Source: Escherichia phage JLBYU08
Length of the DNA: 64,000 nt
Sequence record: OK272482.1
Direction: 5' to 3' (one strand)
The notes under the pieces were generated by a model. It was not told the DNA's origin. It saw only the letters and a list, made by a program, of their open reading frames with translations, and did not search any database. Below, piece by piece: positions 28,199 through 35,683 of the stretch. The position numbers and the translations under genes were made by a program. Every line of letters starts with the position of its first letter. The stretch's first letter is position 1.

Positions 28199-28516
28199 AT
28201 GCAAATTGAAATCACTGGCAACGTAGAAATCACTGAAGGTATGGTGTCTTTCATTTCCCACAAAATGTCTAAGCTGGAGCGTTTGCACCCCTCTGCCAAC
28301 TATGCACGTGTGAGTGTAAAAGTTGAAAATGATCACCAGGAAGTTATGGCGTTCATTTTTGACAATTCTGGAAAAGAAGTTATTGCCAAGGCTAAAGGCA
28401 GTGATGCTTACGAGGCAACTGACCGTATGGTAGATGTTGCAGCACGTCAGCTGGCTAAATGCGGTGGAAAGAAAGGTAAGGGGAAAGGCAAAGTAAAGAT
28501 TGACTTTGGAGAATGA
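28199..28516 (+). CDS. hpf: ribosome hibernation promoting factor (HPF/YfiA family)
   Basis: 105 aa; MQIEITGNVEITEGMVSFISHKMSKLE and DAYEATDRMVDVAARQLAK are colinear with E. coli HPF (MQLNITGNNVEITEAL...DMYAAIDGLIDKLARQLTK) as I recall it; own promoter 28118-28146. Confidence 0.8.
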   Translation: MQIEITGNVEITEGMVSFISHKMSKLERLHPSANYARVSVKVENDHQEVMAFIFDNSGKEVIAKAKGSDAYEATDRMVDVAARQLAKCGGKKGKGKGKVKIDFGE

Positions 28517-28525
28517 GGTGCTACA

Positions 28526-28627
28526 ATGGGTGTGATTAAGAAATTAGCCCCAAATGTAGAGATTGCATGCTTTGAAATTATGTTTGCAATCGCAGTTGTA
28601 GTTAATGTGTTAGGTTACGGCTATTAA
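28526..28627 (+). CDS. 33-aa hydrophobic micro-peptide
   Basis: Not in the track; RBS GAGGTG; MGVIKKLAPNVEIACFEIMFAIAVVVNVLGYGY. Confidence 0.35.
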   Translation: MGVIKKLAPNVEIACFEIMFAIAVVVNVLGYGY

Positions 28628-28653
28628 TATCAAATAATTGAGGAGACCTCTAA

Positions 28654-28923
28654 ATGAAAATTAAATTATTCCAAACTGAGCTGGCAGACAAAAATTGTGG
28701 ACTGGTTGAAGGCATGATTGTTGAAGCACAACCAGTGGACTATATGAAGGTGGTTCGTGATGCCCTAGGTGAAGGTTTTGATCTGATGGAGCCAGCTCTG
28801 CGAGAAGATGTTATCGAGATGGCTAAAAAGCACACACCTGAAGGTTTGGTGGTGTTTGTTGCACCGGGTAACGGAGAAGAGTTGATTGTAACTCCCGATG
28901 TGTATGAGATTGTAGAGGAATAA
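28654..28923 (+). CDS. small acidic protein, family A (subgroup ii)
   Basis: 89 aa; MKIKLFQTE...VYEIVEE; RBS GAGGAG. Confidence 0.55.
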   Translation: MKIKLFQTELADKNCGLVEGMIVEAQPVDYMKVVRDALGEGFDLMEPALREDVIEMAKKHTPEGLVVFVAPGNGEELIVTPDVYEIVEE

Positions 28924-29014
28924 TCCTGCTTGGATTAGCATACTTCCTCGCTAAGGAAGATTTGTAATTATTTGTGGGAAAGGAGTCCCAATCTCTTACC
29001 AGAGGTGATACTAT

Positions 29015-29278
29015 ATGATTGTTTATTTTAAAACTTCAGGTGGATACCCTGATTCTCAAAGCTTGATCGGAAAAACGTGCACAGCATACTCACCTCTTGA
29101 TGAGGAGGTAAGCGATATTTTACGAAATATGTATCGGATTGACCCCCAAGAAGCCTTTGATCAAAACCTTGTATTTGTCAAGGGCTCGGATATGAAGTCT
29201 TTGGGAGCATTCCCTGAAGCAGATGATGATGCCGTTTATTCGTTCATGACTCCTTTTGAAGCTATGGTTGTTGGGTGA
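29015..29278 (+). CDS. small acidic protein, family A
   Basis: 87 aa; ...LIGKTCTAYSP...VKGSDMKSLGAF... Confidence 0.55.
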   Translation: MIVYFKTSGGYPDSQSLIGKTCTAYSPLDEEVSDILRNMYRIDPQEAFDQNLVFVKGSDMKSLGAFPEADDDAVYSFMTPFEAMVVG

Positions 29279-29282
29279 TAAT

Positions 29283-29615
29283 ATGAAAGTACGCTTTATT
29301 GGTGAAACAATTCCTGTGCATCTCCGGTCGCCTGAGGATTCTGCAGATCTTGCATCTCAAAAGGCGAGAGGTTATGATAAGAAAGTAACCTCAACCGATG
29401 TAGTGCTTGAGGCTACTAGTCTACCTGACCCTGCTGCATTCTTTAATCATTATGGGTACTATTTCAGCAATCTGATGAATATCGGTGAGCTTGTGTTTAT
29501 TAGTGGTGGAGAAATTGTTAGCAAGCTTGGCGGCGATCCGGATATCTTTCATGAAACCTGTCCTTTTGCATTTGTGGTAGGTTCAGATGTGGAAGTTATT
29601 GAGGAGGTGCGGTAA
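29283..29615 (+). CDS. small acidic protein, family A
   Basis: 110 aa from ATG 29283; MKVRFIGE...VVGSDVEVIEEVR. Confidence 0.55.
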   Translation: MKVRFIGETIPVHLRSPEDSADLASQKARGYDKKVTSTDVVLEATSLPDPAAFFNHYGYYFSNLMNIGELVFISGGEIVSKLGGDPDIFHETCPFAFVVGSDVEVIEEVR

Positions 29616-30010
29616 TGGTAAGCCTATACCGTGTTGAGTATAGCTCAGATACTGTATACAACGTAAGAAGCAAAGATCGCAGCGACAGAGTGCAAGAAAT
29701 GTATGTTCTTGCCGACAGTCCGTTATCTGCAGCGTTCAAGGCAGGGGCTCTTGCATCTCGTTGGAAATTTGAAGGTGGATCTTCCTATGAAGAAACCCTT
29801 GAAGATTCTGTTGTTATTTCTTCTGTAGAGGTTTCAGATGACTACGAAGGGAAAAAGTTCGTAATGCGGCACCCACACAGCAACATTGCGTACTACTGGG
29901 ATGTTCTGAACAACGAGTGGACCCCAGATCTTCAGAAGGCTACTGTGCTAACACCGTTTTTGGCAGATAAGTTCCCACCAGAAGGTAATTTATCCGCACT
30001 GTTTCAGTAA
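29615..30010 (+). CDS. hypothetical protein, family B (paralogue of 27406-27804)
   Basis: 131 aa; RBS GGAGGTG; HPHSNIAYYWDVLNNEWTPDLQKATVLTPFL aligns with the 27406 product. Confidence 0.55.
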   Translation: MVSLYRVEYSSDTVYNVRSKDRSDRVQEMYVLADSPLSAAFKAGALASRWKFEGGSSYEETLEDSVVISSVEVSDDYEGKKFVMRHPHSNIAYYWDVLNNEWTPDLQKATVLTPFLADKFPPEGNLSALFQ

Positions 30011-30018
30011 TTTTCTTG

Positions 30019-30047
30019 CACACAGGTGTTGACAACGCCAACCCTGT
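30019..30047 (+). promoter_or_regulatory. sigma70-type promoter
   Basis: TTGACA-N17/18-AATAAT/ATAATA, embedded in inverted repeat CACAGG...CCTGTG. Confidence 0.5.
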
Positions 30048-30089
30048 GTGAAATAATACCTTCATCTTAATAAGACAGGGGACCGATTG

Positions 30090-30347
30090 ATGAAGATTAA
30101 ATTGAAAAACCTTGAAACGGCAGAGATTCAGGACGGTGTTGATTTCCGTTCTAAAGATGGTGACATCTTAGAGGTAAATATTCCAACCTACGAGCTGATT
30201 AAAGGTTTTGGCAACGTTCCGGAAGAGGATATTACAGAAATTCTTATGATGTTGATTCTTGACGGAACTGTGTTTGTAGGTGAAGGTGAGAACGCTATTG
30301 CAATCCCAGGCCATTTTTATGAAGTAGTTGACGAAGAGGTGCTGTAA
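30090..30347 (+). CDS. small acidic protein, family A (subgroup ii)
   Basis: 85 aa; MKIKLKNLE...FYEVVDEEVL; after promoter 30019-30047. Confidence 0.55.
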   Translation: MKIKLKNLETAEIQDGVDFRSKDGDILEVNIPTYELIKGFGNVPEEDITEILMMLILDGTVFVGEGENAIAIPGHFYEVVDEEVL

Positions 30348-30698
30348 ATGAAAGTAGAAATTACCGGTTTTGATGTGAATGTGGTTCCGGAAGATATTTT
30401 AGCTAAACTTCCAGAAGGTTTTGGTAACGGCGTTGTGGTGGATGCTGTTCCTCCTACCAAAGACATTCTGCTGCAGTATGGTGTAGCAGAGGAAGATGTC
30501 GATAAAGTTCTTACAATGATGGCAATCGATCGTGTTGTCGTTGTTAAAGGTCTCGATAATTTTGAGAGTGATCCCCTGATTATTCGTGGAGATGACTACA
30601 AAATCATCGATAATGAAGGCCAAGAGTTCTATGAACCTTGTGCAGAAGATATTCTTAACTTATTACTGGAAGCAGGTACCGAAGAGGAGGACGAATAA
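30348..30698 (+). CDS. small acidic protein, family A (subgroup ii)
   Basis: 116 aa; MKVEITGFD...EEDVDKVLTMMAIDRVVVVKG... Confidence 0.55.
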   Translation: MKVEITGFDVNVVPEDILAKLPEGFGNGVVVDAVPPTKDILLQYGVAEEDVDKVLTMMAIDRVVVVKGLDNFESDPLIIRGDDYKIIDNEGQEFYEPCAEDILNLLLEAGTEEEDE

Positions 30699-31027
30699 TG
30701 AAGATTGACCCGTTACTGAAGGCTCGTGCAGAAAAAGCGTACACCATTAAGCTGACCAACCTGGTTCCTACTTGTCATCCAGATGTAGGTTGGCCTGAAG
30801 GTCTGGTAGAGGGGACTGTAACAGCTGCATACCTCCCTAACATCAAATACCTTATGGAAATCTTGGAGCTGGATGAGGAAACGGCAGAAGAGTTCCAGTT
30901 GGACATGAAACAAAGTGGGACTCTGGTTATTCACGGGTGGTATAATACTAAAGACGCAGAAGACCCTCTTGTAACTTCTAATCTGGCATATGAAATCTTA
31001 GGACCTTTGAACCTGGGGGAAGACTAA
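30698..31027 (+). CDS. small acidic protein (family A-related)
   Basis: 109 aa; 1-nt overlap junctions; ...AYEILGPL. Confidence 0.5.
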   Translation: MKIDPLLKARAEKAYTIKLTNLVPTCHPDVGWPEGLVEGTVTAAYLPNIKYLMEILELDEETAEEFQLDMKQSGTLVIHGWYNTKDAEDPLVTSNLAYEILGPLNLGED

Positions 31028-31314
31028 TGAAAGATCTGGTTAAGATTAAGATTAAAGATACCAACGGCGAACTCAGCCATTTTGGAATTAATGATGGTGA
31101 CGAGCTGATCGCACACCTGCCTACCAAGGAAGTTGTAAGCAAAGCAGTTGCCGGAGAAGAAGATGCAATGCAGGCTGCAGGTGTGGATGAAAACTATGTA
31201 GCCATGTGCATGTGCCGAGACCAGGTTGTTCTGTATAAAGCGTATCGACCAAACGGAGCCACGGAGTGGCTTGTATTCCGACCCGAAGGATATGAAATCT
31301 TAGAGGCACTATGA
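31027..31314 (+). CDS. small acidic protein (family A-related)
   Basis: 95 aa; ...EGYEILEAL. Confidence 0.5.
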   Translation: MKDLVKIKIKDTNGELSHFGINDGDELIAHLPTKEVVSKAVAGEEDAMQAAGVDENYVAMCMCRDQVVLYKAYRPNGATEWLVFRPEGYEILEAL

Positions 31315-31394
31315 TAAATCTTGCCAAGGTTGCAACGGCACTGTTAATTATTTGCTGGTCAGTAACCTTAACACTGTGTCTTGTATTTCAGTAA
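31311..31394 (+). CDS. 27-aa hydrophobic micro-peptide
   Basis: Not in the track; ATGA overlap; MINLAKVATALLIICWSVTLTLCLVFQ. Confidence 0.35.
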   Translation: MINLAKVATALLIICWSVTLTLCLVFQ

Positions 31395-31403
31395 GGTGCT
31401 TAT

Positions 31404-31667
31404 ATGAACATCCTGATGTGGGTTGTAGCAGTGGCGTTTGTTGCATGTTTTTGCTGCTGGGTTGCGGTGAGGATTTCTGTAGCTACCCTTCGGAAGTTGG
31501 GGTTCTCAGAGTGGGATATTAATATCCTTTCTTTTCGCAATGAAACAATCTCAGCCGCCCTGCTCTGTAAGAAATTCAAGTGGGAACCTTGCGAGGTCAT
31601 GAACTATCTAAGAACGGGAGATATCCCTGAAAGATTTAAAAAAGTTCTTGACGACAAGGATAAATGA
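31404..31667 (+). CDS. small membrane protein (N-terminal TM)
   Basis: 87 aa; ILMWVVAVAFVACFCCWVAV. Confidence 0.5.
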   Translation: MNILMWVVAVAFVACFCCWVAVRISVATLRKLGFSEWDINILSFRNETISAALLCKKFKWEPCEVMNYLRTGDIPERFKKVLDDKDK

Positions 31668-31676
31668 TAGTATAGT
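31648..31676 (+). promoter_or_regulatory. sigma70-type promoter
   Basis: TTGACG-N17-TATAGT inside the 3' end of 31404-31667. Confidence 0.55.
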
Positions 31677-31695
31677 GACTAACAAGAGGTGAGGA

Positions 31696-31836
31696 ATGAC
31701 TGATTTTACTGAAGCTTTAATGATGGCCTTGTCTGTTTTAGCGCTATCGGTGTGTTTTGGGGCGTTATTCACATCTCTGGTTAAAGTTTTACATACAGTA
31801 TTATTACCCAAGGAGCGCAGTAATGATGAAGATTGA
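31696..31836 (+). CDS. 46-aa membrane micro-protein
   Basis: Not in the track; follows promoter 31648-31676; RBS AAGAGGTGAGG; MTDFTEALMMALSVLALSVCFGALFTSLV... Confidence 0.45.
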   Translation: MTDFTEALMMALSVLALSVCFGALFTSLVKVLHTVLLPKERSNDED

Positions 31837-32074
31837 CTTAAATGCCGGAGACCATGTTGTTGTCAAATGCATCGGAGATTATCTTGGATTCACAATCGGC
31901 AATACTTACGAGGCGGTAGTGGCGAAGGTTTACCATGATAAAGTCCTCAGTCTTGTATTTGACTGCGATGATGATGGGGATGACCGATACGTCTGTGAGG
32001 TGCTGGCACGAGACGATAGTGAAGACCAGAAATTCCTGGTTATTGAACTGAACGGTATTTTTGTAGAACGTTAA
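31823..32074 (+). CDS. hypothetical protein with DDDGD..C motif
   Basis: 83 aa from ATG 31823 (RBS AAGGAG); VFDCDDDGDDRYVCEV. Confidence 0.5.
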   Translation: MMKIDLNAGDHVVVKCIGDYLGFTIGNTYEAVVAKVYHDKVLSLVFDCDDDGDDRYVCEVLARDDSEDQKFLVIELNGIFVER

Positions 32075-32102
32075 TTTAAAACAACATAAGGAGACTCTTA
32101 CT

Positions 32103-32408
32103 ATGGCTAAATCTAAAGTTGAACTGTTCACCTCTCTTCCTTCTGACACTGCAGAACGTGATCGCCTTCGCAAAACAATCGAAGAACTGGTGGAACTCCA
32201 ACTTCAGATTAAAGATCTGAAAGATGCCATCAAGGATATCATTCTTGTTGAGAAGCAGGATCATCTGTATTCTCCTAAATTCATCAAATCTCTGGTGGCT
32301 ACCGAGTTCGATATTCGATATGAGGCTGAAAAACGTCGAGCTAAAATCGAAGAAGAGGTTGAGCACATGTCCGAGGCAGACATTCTGTTCAAACGCTCTG
32401 TAGAATAA
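32103..32408 (+). CDS. hypothetical coiled-coil protein
   Basis: 101 aa; RBS AAGGAG; followed by strong terminator 32417-32440. Confidence 0.55.
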   Translation: MAKSKVELFTSLPSDTAERDRLRKTIEELVELQLQIKDLKDAIKDIILVEKQDHLYSPKFIKSLVATEFDIRYEAEKRRAKIEEEVEHMSEADILFKRSVE

Positions 32409-32416
32409 TGACAAAG

Positions 32417-32440
32417 AGAGGGGCTTGGGCCCCTCTTTTT
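32417..32440 (+). terminator. rho-independent terminator
   Basis: AGAGGGG-CTTGGG-CCCCTCT followed by TTTT. Confidence 0.75.
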
Positions 32441-32463
32441 ACTATCTATGAAGGAGATTTGAG

Positions 32464-32790
32464 ATGGGTATACCGATCACTGTAAAAGAATTGAATGAAC
32501 GTGATGCAGGCGGTCTATGGCCTGCACGAAAAATACGCTGTGTCTACATGAAAGAGAATCTTGAACATCTTGATCAACAGATCAAGGTCGGTGATATTTT
32601 CGAGGTCTTCTATTCCAATCGTCGCAACTGGGAAACCATTCAACCTTCTGGTTTTGTTCTTGCCAAACTTGACACTGGAGAAGTGATTATCCCAGGGTTG
32701 GATATTGTCTTCGAAATTATCCAGGAGTGGGATCCGGATAAGATTAGATACGAAGAGTTATTCGGTAAAGGTATTATCAAACCTGCGTGA
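32464..32790 (+). CDS. hypothetical protein
   Basis: 108 aa; RBS AAGGAG. Confidence 0.5.
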   Translation: MGIPITVKELNERDAGGLWPARKIRCVYMKENLEHLDQQIKVGDIFEVFYSNRRNWETIQPSGFVLAKLDTGEVIIPGLDIVFEIIQEWDPDKIRYEELFGKGIIKPA

Positions 32791-32798
32791 GGTGGATT

Positions 32799-33098
32799 AT
32801 GTCTACAAAGGCGGCTAAATACTCCTACATGCCATCAACCTCTGCAGAGGTAGACTTTAGTTTCGATGTGTTTCCACTGTTTGAGGTGGTTCTGGCATAC
32901 CCAACAATACTATCTACTCCCGAATCACTTGTGCCTGTTAAGTTGCAGAACGCTATGCATTCTATGCACTACAACAATAAATGTAGGCACAGATGGTGTC
33001 AGGACGGGGAAAAAGATCTGGATAGTTTGAGAGATTTTGACAGTCACCTTTTGACACCTTTCAGCTACTCCAACCTTGATAAGCCCTCGTGGGTATAG
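32799..33098 (+). CDS. hypothetical protein
   Basis: 99 aa from ATG 32799 (RBS GAGGTGG). Confidence 0.5.
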   Translation: MSTKAAKYSYMPSTSAEVDFSFDVFPLFEVVLAYPTILSTPESLVPVKLQNAMHSMHYNNKCRHRWCQDGEKDLDSLRDFDSHLLTPFSYSNLDKPSWV

Positions 33099-33123
33099 CA
33101 AAATATCAAATTTAAGACACCTA

Positions 33124-33149
33124 GGACGCTCTGTGGCGTCCTTTTCTTT
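33124..33149 (+). terminator. rho-independent terminator
   Basis: AGGACGC-CTGTG-GCGTCCT followed by TTTCTTT. Confidence 0.7.
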
Positions 33150-33311
33150 ATCTAGTGCACGATTGCATACCTTGGACAGGTAATCTCATTACAGAGCGTT
33201 TAAGAGCTTTCTGCAAACAACTCCATATTTCGAGCGTAGCGAGAACGCACGTCCGTTTTGACCCAAATCACCATACGCTCGGATTTTAACCAAACCCTCG
33301 CGGCGTTTCTG

Positions 33312-33345
33312 TTGACACATTACCGCCCTCGTGATATTATCCACA
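33312..33345 (+). promoter_or_regulatory. sigma70-type promoter overlapping a perfect DnaA-box 9-mer
   Basis: TTGACA-N17-TATTAT; TTATCCACA at 33337-33345 overlaps the -10. Confidence 0.55.
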
Positions 33346-33372
33346 CATCGTTTAGAGAATATAGGATACACA

Positions 33373-33462
33373 ATGAGAACATTGTCCGAAGTTTTAGTGG
33401 TGATCCTGATGATCATTACGTCCATAGCGGCTGTTGCCGGAATACTCACGGGTGGAACATGA
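33373..33462 (+). CDS. 29-aa hydrophobic micro-peptide
   Basis: Not in the track; first ATG after promoter 33312-33340; MRTLSEVLVVILMIITSIAAVAGILTGGT; ATGA overlap with next ORF. Confidence 0.4.
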   Translation: MRTLSEVLVVILMIITSIAAVAGILTGGT

Positions 33463-33671
33463 TCAACACACCTGTATCTGAAGAGACATTCAAAGAAGTG
33501 ACCATATGTCCCTTGGCTGAGCCAGGGAAAGAGGAAAACTTCGATTCTGAAGATTCTCCATCTTCGCTACAGGTAGATCCTGAGGCTGATGACCTGACGT
33601 GGGAGGACATCGTAGATATCTGGTTCTCTATTATGCCTGAGCACGAAGAGTTCAGGGGTGGTAGACTATGA
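33459..33671 (+). CDS. hypothetical acidic protein
   Basis: 70 aa from ATG 33459; the track ORF 33258-33671 would include the promoter itself, so it is shortened. Confidence 0.45.
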   Translation: MINTPVSEETFKEVTICPLAEPGKEENFDSEDSPSSLQVDPEADDLTWEDIVDIWFSIMPEHEEFRGGRL

Positions 33672-33791
33672 AGCACCGAGCACACACAGGTTCCTCATGC
33701 TAAAGCATGGCCTGAAGAGGCAAACGTGCATAATTCCTGTGCATTGTGACGTATAAAACCCGTCCACACTCTCATTTTCAGAGGAGATTTC

Positions 33792-34007
33792 ATGAAGATA
33801 GAAATATTTGGTGGAGCTGACAACACTCGTGGCCTGATTTACCTTGAATTCGATGAATCATACCTGCCAGAGGTGTTAAATATAGACTCTGTTGCGGAGG
33901 CTTTGGGAGTAAACCCTAAAGAACTCCACTCTTGTGCTGAGATCGATGGTTGGGAAGAGACCATGAACATTGATTTCAGTGAAGTAGAGGATGAACCGCT
34001 GGACTGA
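33792..34007 (+). CDS. small acidic protein (family A-like N-terminus MKIEIF)
   Basis: 71 aa; RBS GAGGAG; last gene of the + strand block. Confidence 0.5.
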   Translation: MKIEIFGGADNTRGLIYLEFDESYLPEVLNIDSVAEALGVNPKELHSCAEIDGWEETMNIDFSEVEDEPLD

Positions 34008-34134
34008 CACACAATTAGCTGCCCGGCTAAAGTGCTGGAAGCACCTATAACACATCTTTCAACTAAATTTCCTACAACCACAATCACTTACCTCCCACAC
34101 ATGACTGTTTGCTTGTTTAGTGAGCAGTCATGCC

Positions 34135-34162
34135 TTGACATTCTTGCCTATCCTGATAAAAT
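34135..34162 (+). promoter_or_regulatory. sigma70-type promoter firing into ORF-free DNA
   Basis: TTGACA-N16-TAAAAT. No credible ORF for >2 kb downstream. Confidence 0.45.
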
Positions 34163-34357
34163 TAAGTTCTTCTCTTTTCTTTTACCGAGTAATTCGGGTT
34201 TTCTGTTCTCTTCGGTTTGAAGGGGTATGGAGATACACCTGAGTGAACAGGGTGAACAACCGAACATTTGGCTATGGCATTAGCATGGCGAAGCGGACGG
34301 GTGACGAAAGAGGGGCCGGAGGACACCAGTCACTGCCATATGATATATGGGTGATAA

Positions 34358-34900
34358 CCTGAAGAGTCTGAATAAGTGTTTAAGTACCAGTCAGAGGAAA
34401 AGGTGAATGGTAGCCGAAGGGGGAGGGGGGGTTTCTTGTATCTTTAATTTGTATATTATGTATACACTTGTAAACCAATCTCATTTGAATTTGTTTACCA
34501 CACAAAGGGGATAGAGACAAATATTATCTATTAAACTTGAATTATTTATAGAAAATACCACAACACCACTTAAGTCTTTGATTTTACACACAAATCCTAC
34601 AGATATTCACCCTCCATATTTAACATACCTGTAACATATTCCATACCCTACCTGTCTGATCAATTCACCCAACCACACCCTCCATATTTTCCCTGTCTGT
34701 ACCACCCCTGCCCCGCCGGGAGTCCCGTCATATCTGGCTTTCCAGCAAATATCACACCCACAAATATCATTGCCTGAAGAGGGTTTCATCCCATAATACC
34801 TGCCTTACCTGAAGAGCGCTTCATATACCCCGTAAATTTTTTTAATTGACCTCCTCCCCGCCGCCGGAGGGGTCGGCTTTTCCCACACAGGCCTGAAGAG
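34358..34900 (+). repeat. four dispersed copies of CCTGAAGAG
   Basis: At 34358, 34773, 34808, 34892. The two central copies continue as CCTGAAGAG-sGs-TTCAT, 35 bp apart. Confidence 0.6.
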
Positions 34901-35143
34901 TCAGCCAGAAATATTTGAACAGGTCCAGTTATACCACGATTTTGACCTGACCGACAGGGAGGCCCGAAGGGTCTAGCTTTCAGCTAGAGTCCTTGCAGGA
35001 CCTACAGGAGCGCTGCCAGGCGGACGAAATGGGAATACTTCTCATTCTTATAACAATTCTCAAATATCAAGGCAGTGAGGCAAATTAATAGGTGAGGCCG
35101 TTCACATAGTGGCACAACATTTGCAATCTATTTTGTGTGGGGG

Positions 35144-35180
35144 AATGAGAATACATATCATTGTGAGAACCATTATCATT
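35144..35180 (+). promoter_or_regulatory. two tandem TGAGAA-N4-TATCATT boxes (Fur-box-like)
   Basis: aATGAGAATacaTATCATTgTGAGAACcatTATCATTa. Confidence 0.45.
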
Positions 35181-35532
35181 ACGGGCAATTTAACATAATA
35201 CCCATTATACGCACCACTGACGATACATACAGGGATTGATAACATGGGTTACTGTTTACGCATATAACAATTATATTTCTTACTATTTGTGTGGGATATA
35301 GTTAGCAGCCGATAGATTAGATATTGACCTGCGGACTTCTGACCGTCTAGACGTCTAAACGCCCACACAACAAGGCTTATACATACATCGCTGAATGTAA
35401 ACAGGGCCGCAAAAATGCTACCATACCAGATTGTAAATTTTTCATGCAGCACTTGACAAAGAGGAGAAAAACTTGTCTGACACAATATGACATACTGGGC
35501 ACATTAAACACACTTTAGACTTAATTGACATG

Positions 35533-35674
35533 CCTGACTGTTTACGCTGTCACTATTCACGCTATTACTATTCACTCCCTTTACTGTTCACGCTCTTACT
35601 GTTTACATGCTTAATGGTTTACATGCTTAATATACTGCATGTCTAATAGTTTACATAGCTAACTATTTATACAG
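35533..35674 (+). repeat. array of nine contiguous degenerate 14-17-bp units (core ACTGTTTAC / ACTATTCAC)
   Basis: Units start at 35533, 35547, 35562, 35577, 35593, 35610, 35626, 35642, 35659. The core recurs at 35251, 36058 and inverted at 35397. Confidence 0.7.
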
Positions 35675-35683
35675 ATATGATAA

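Noticed and set aside
32103-32408. Calling the 101-aa coiled-coil protein a T4 DsbA-like late-transcription factor
   Set aside because: This rests only on a vague resemblance in size and charge pattern from memory, with no diagnostic motif.
34423-34435. GGGGGAGGGGGGG as a G-quadruplex
   Set aside because: There are only two G-runs, which is too few for an intramolecular quadruplex.
35533-35674. Possible CRISPR-like or ToxI-like repeat array
   Set aside because: The units are contiguous with no spacers, degenerate, and only 14-17 bp long. No cas or toxin gene is adjacent. An iteron or binding-site array fits better.
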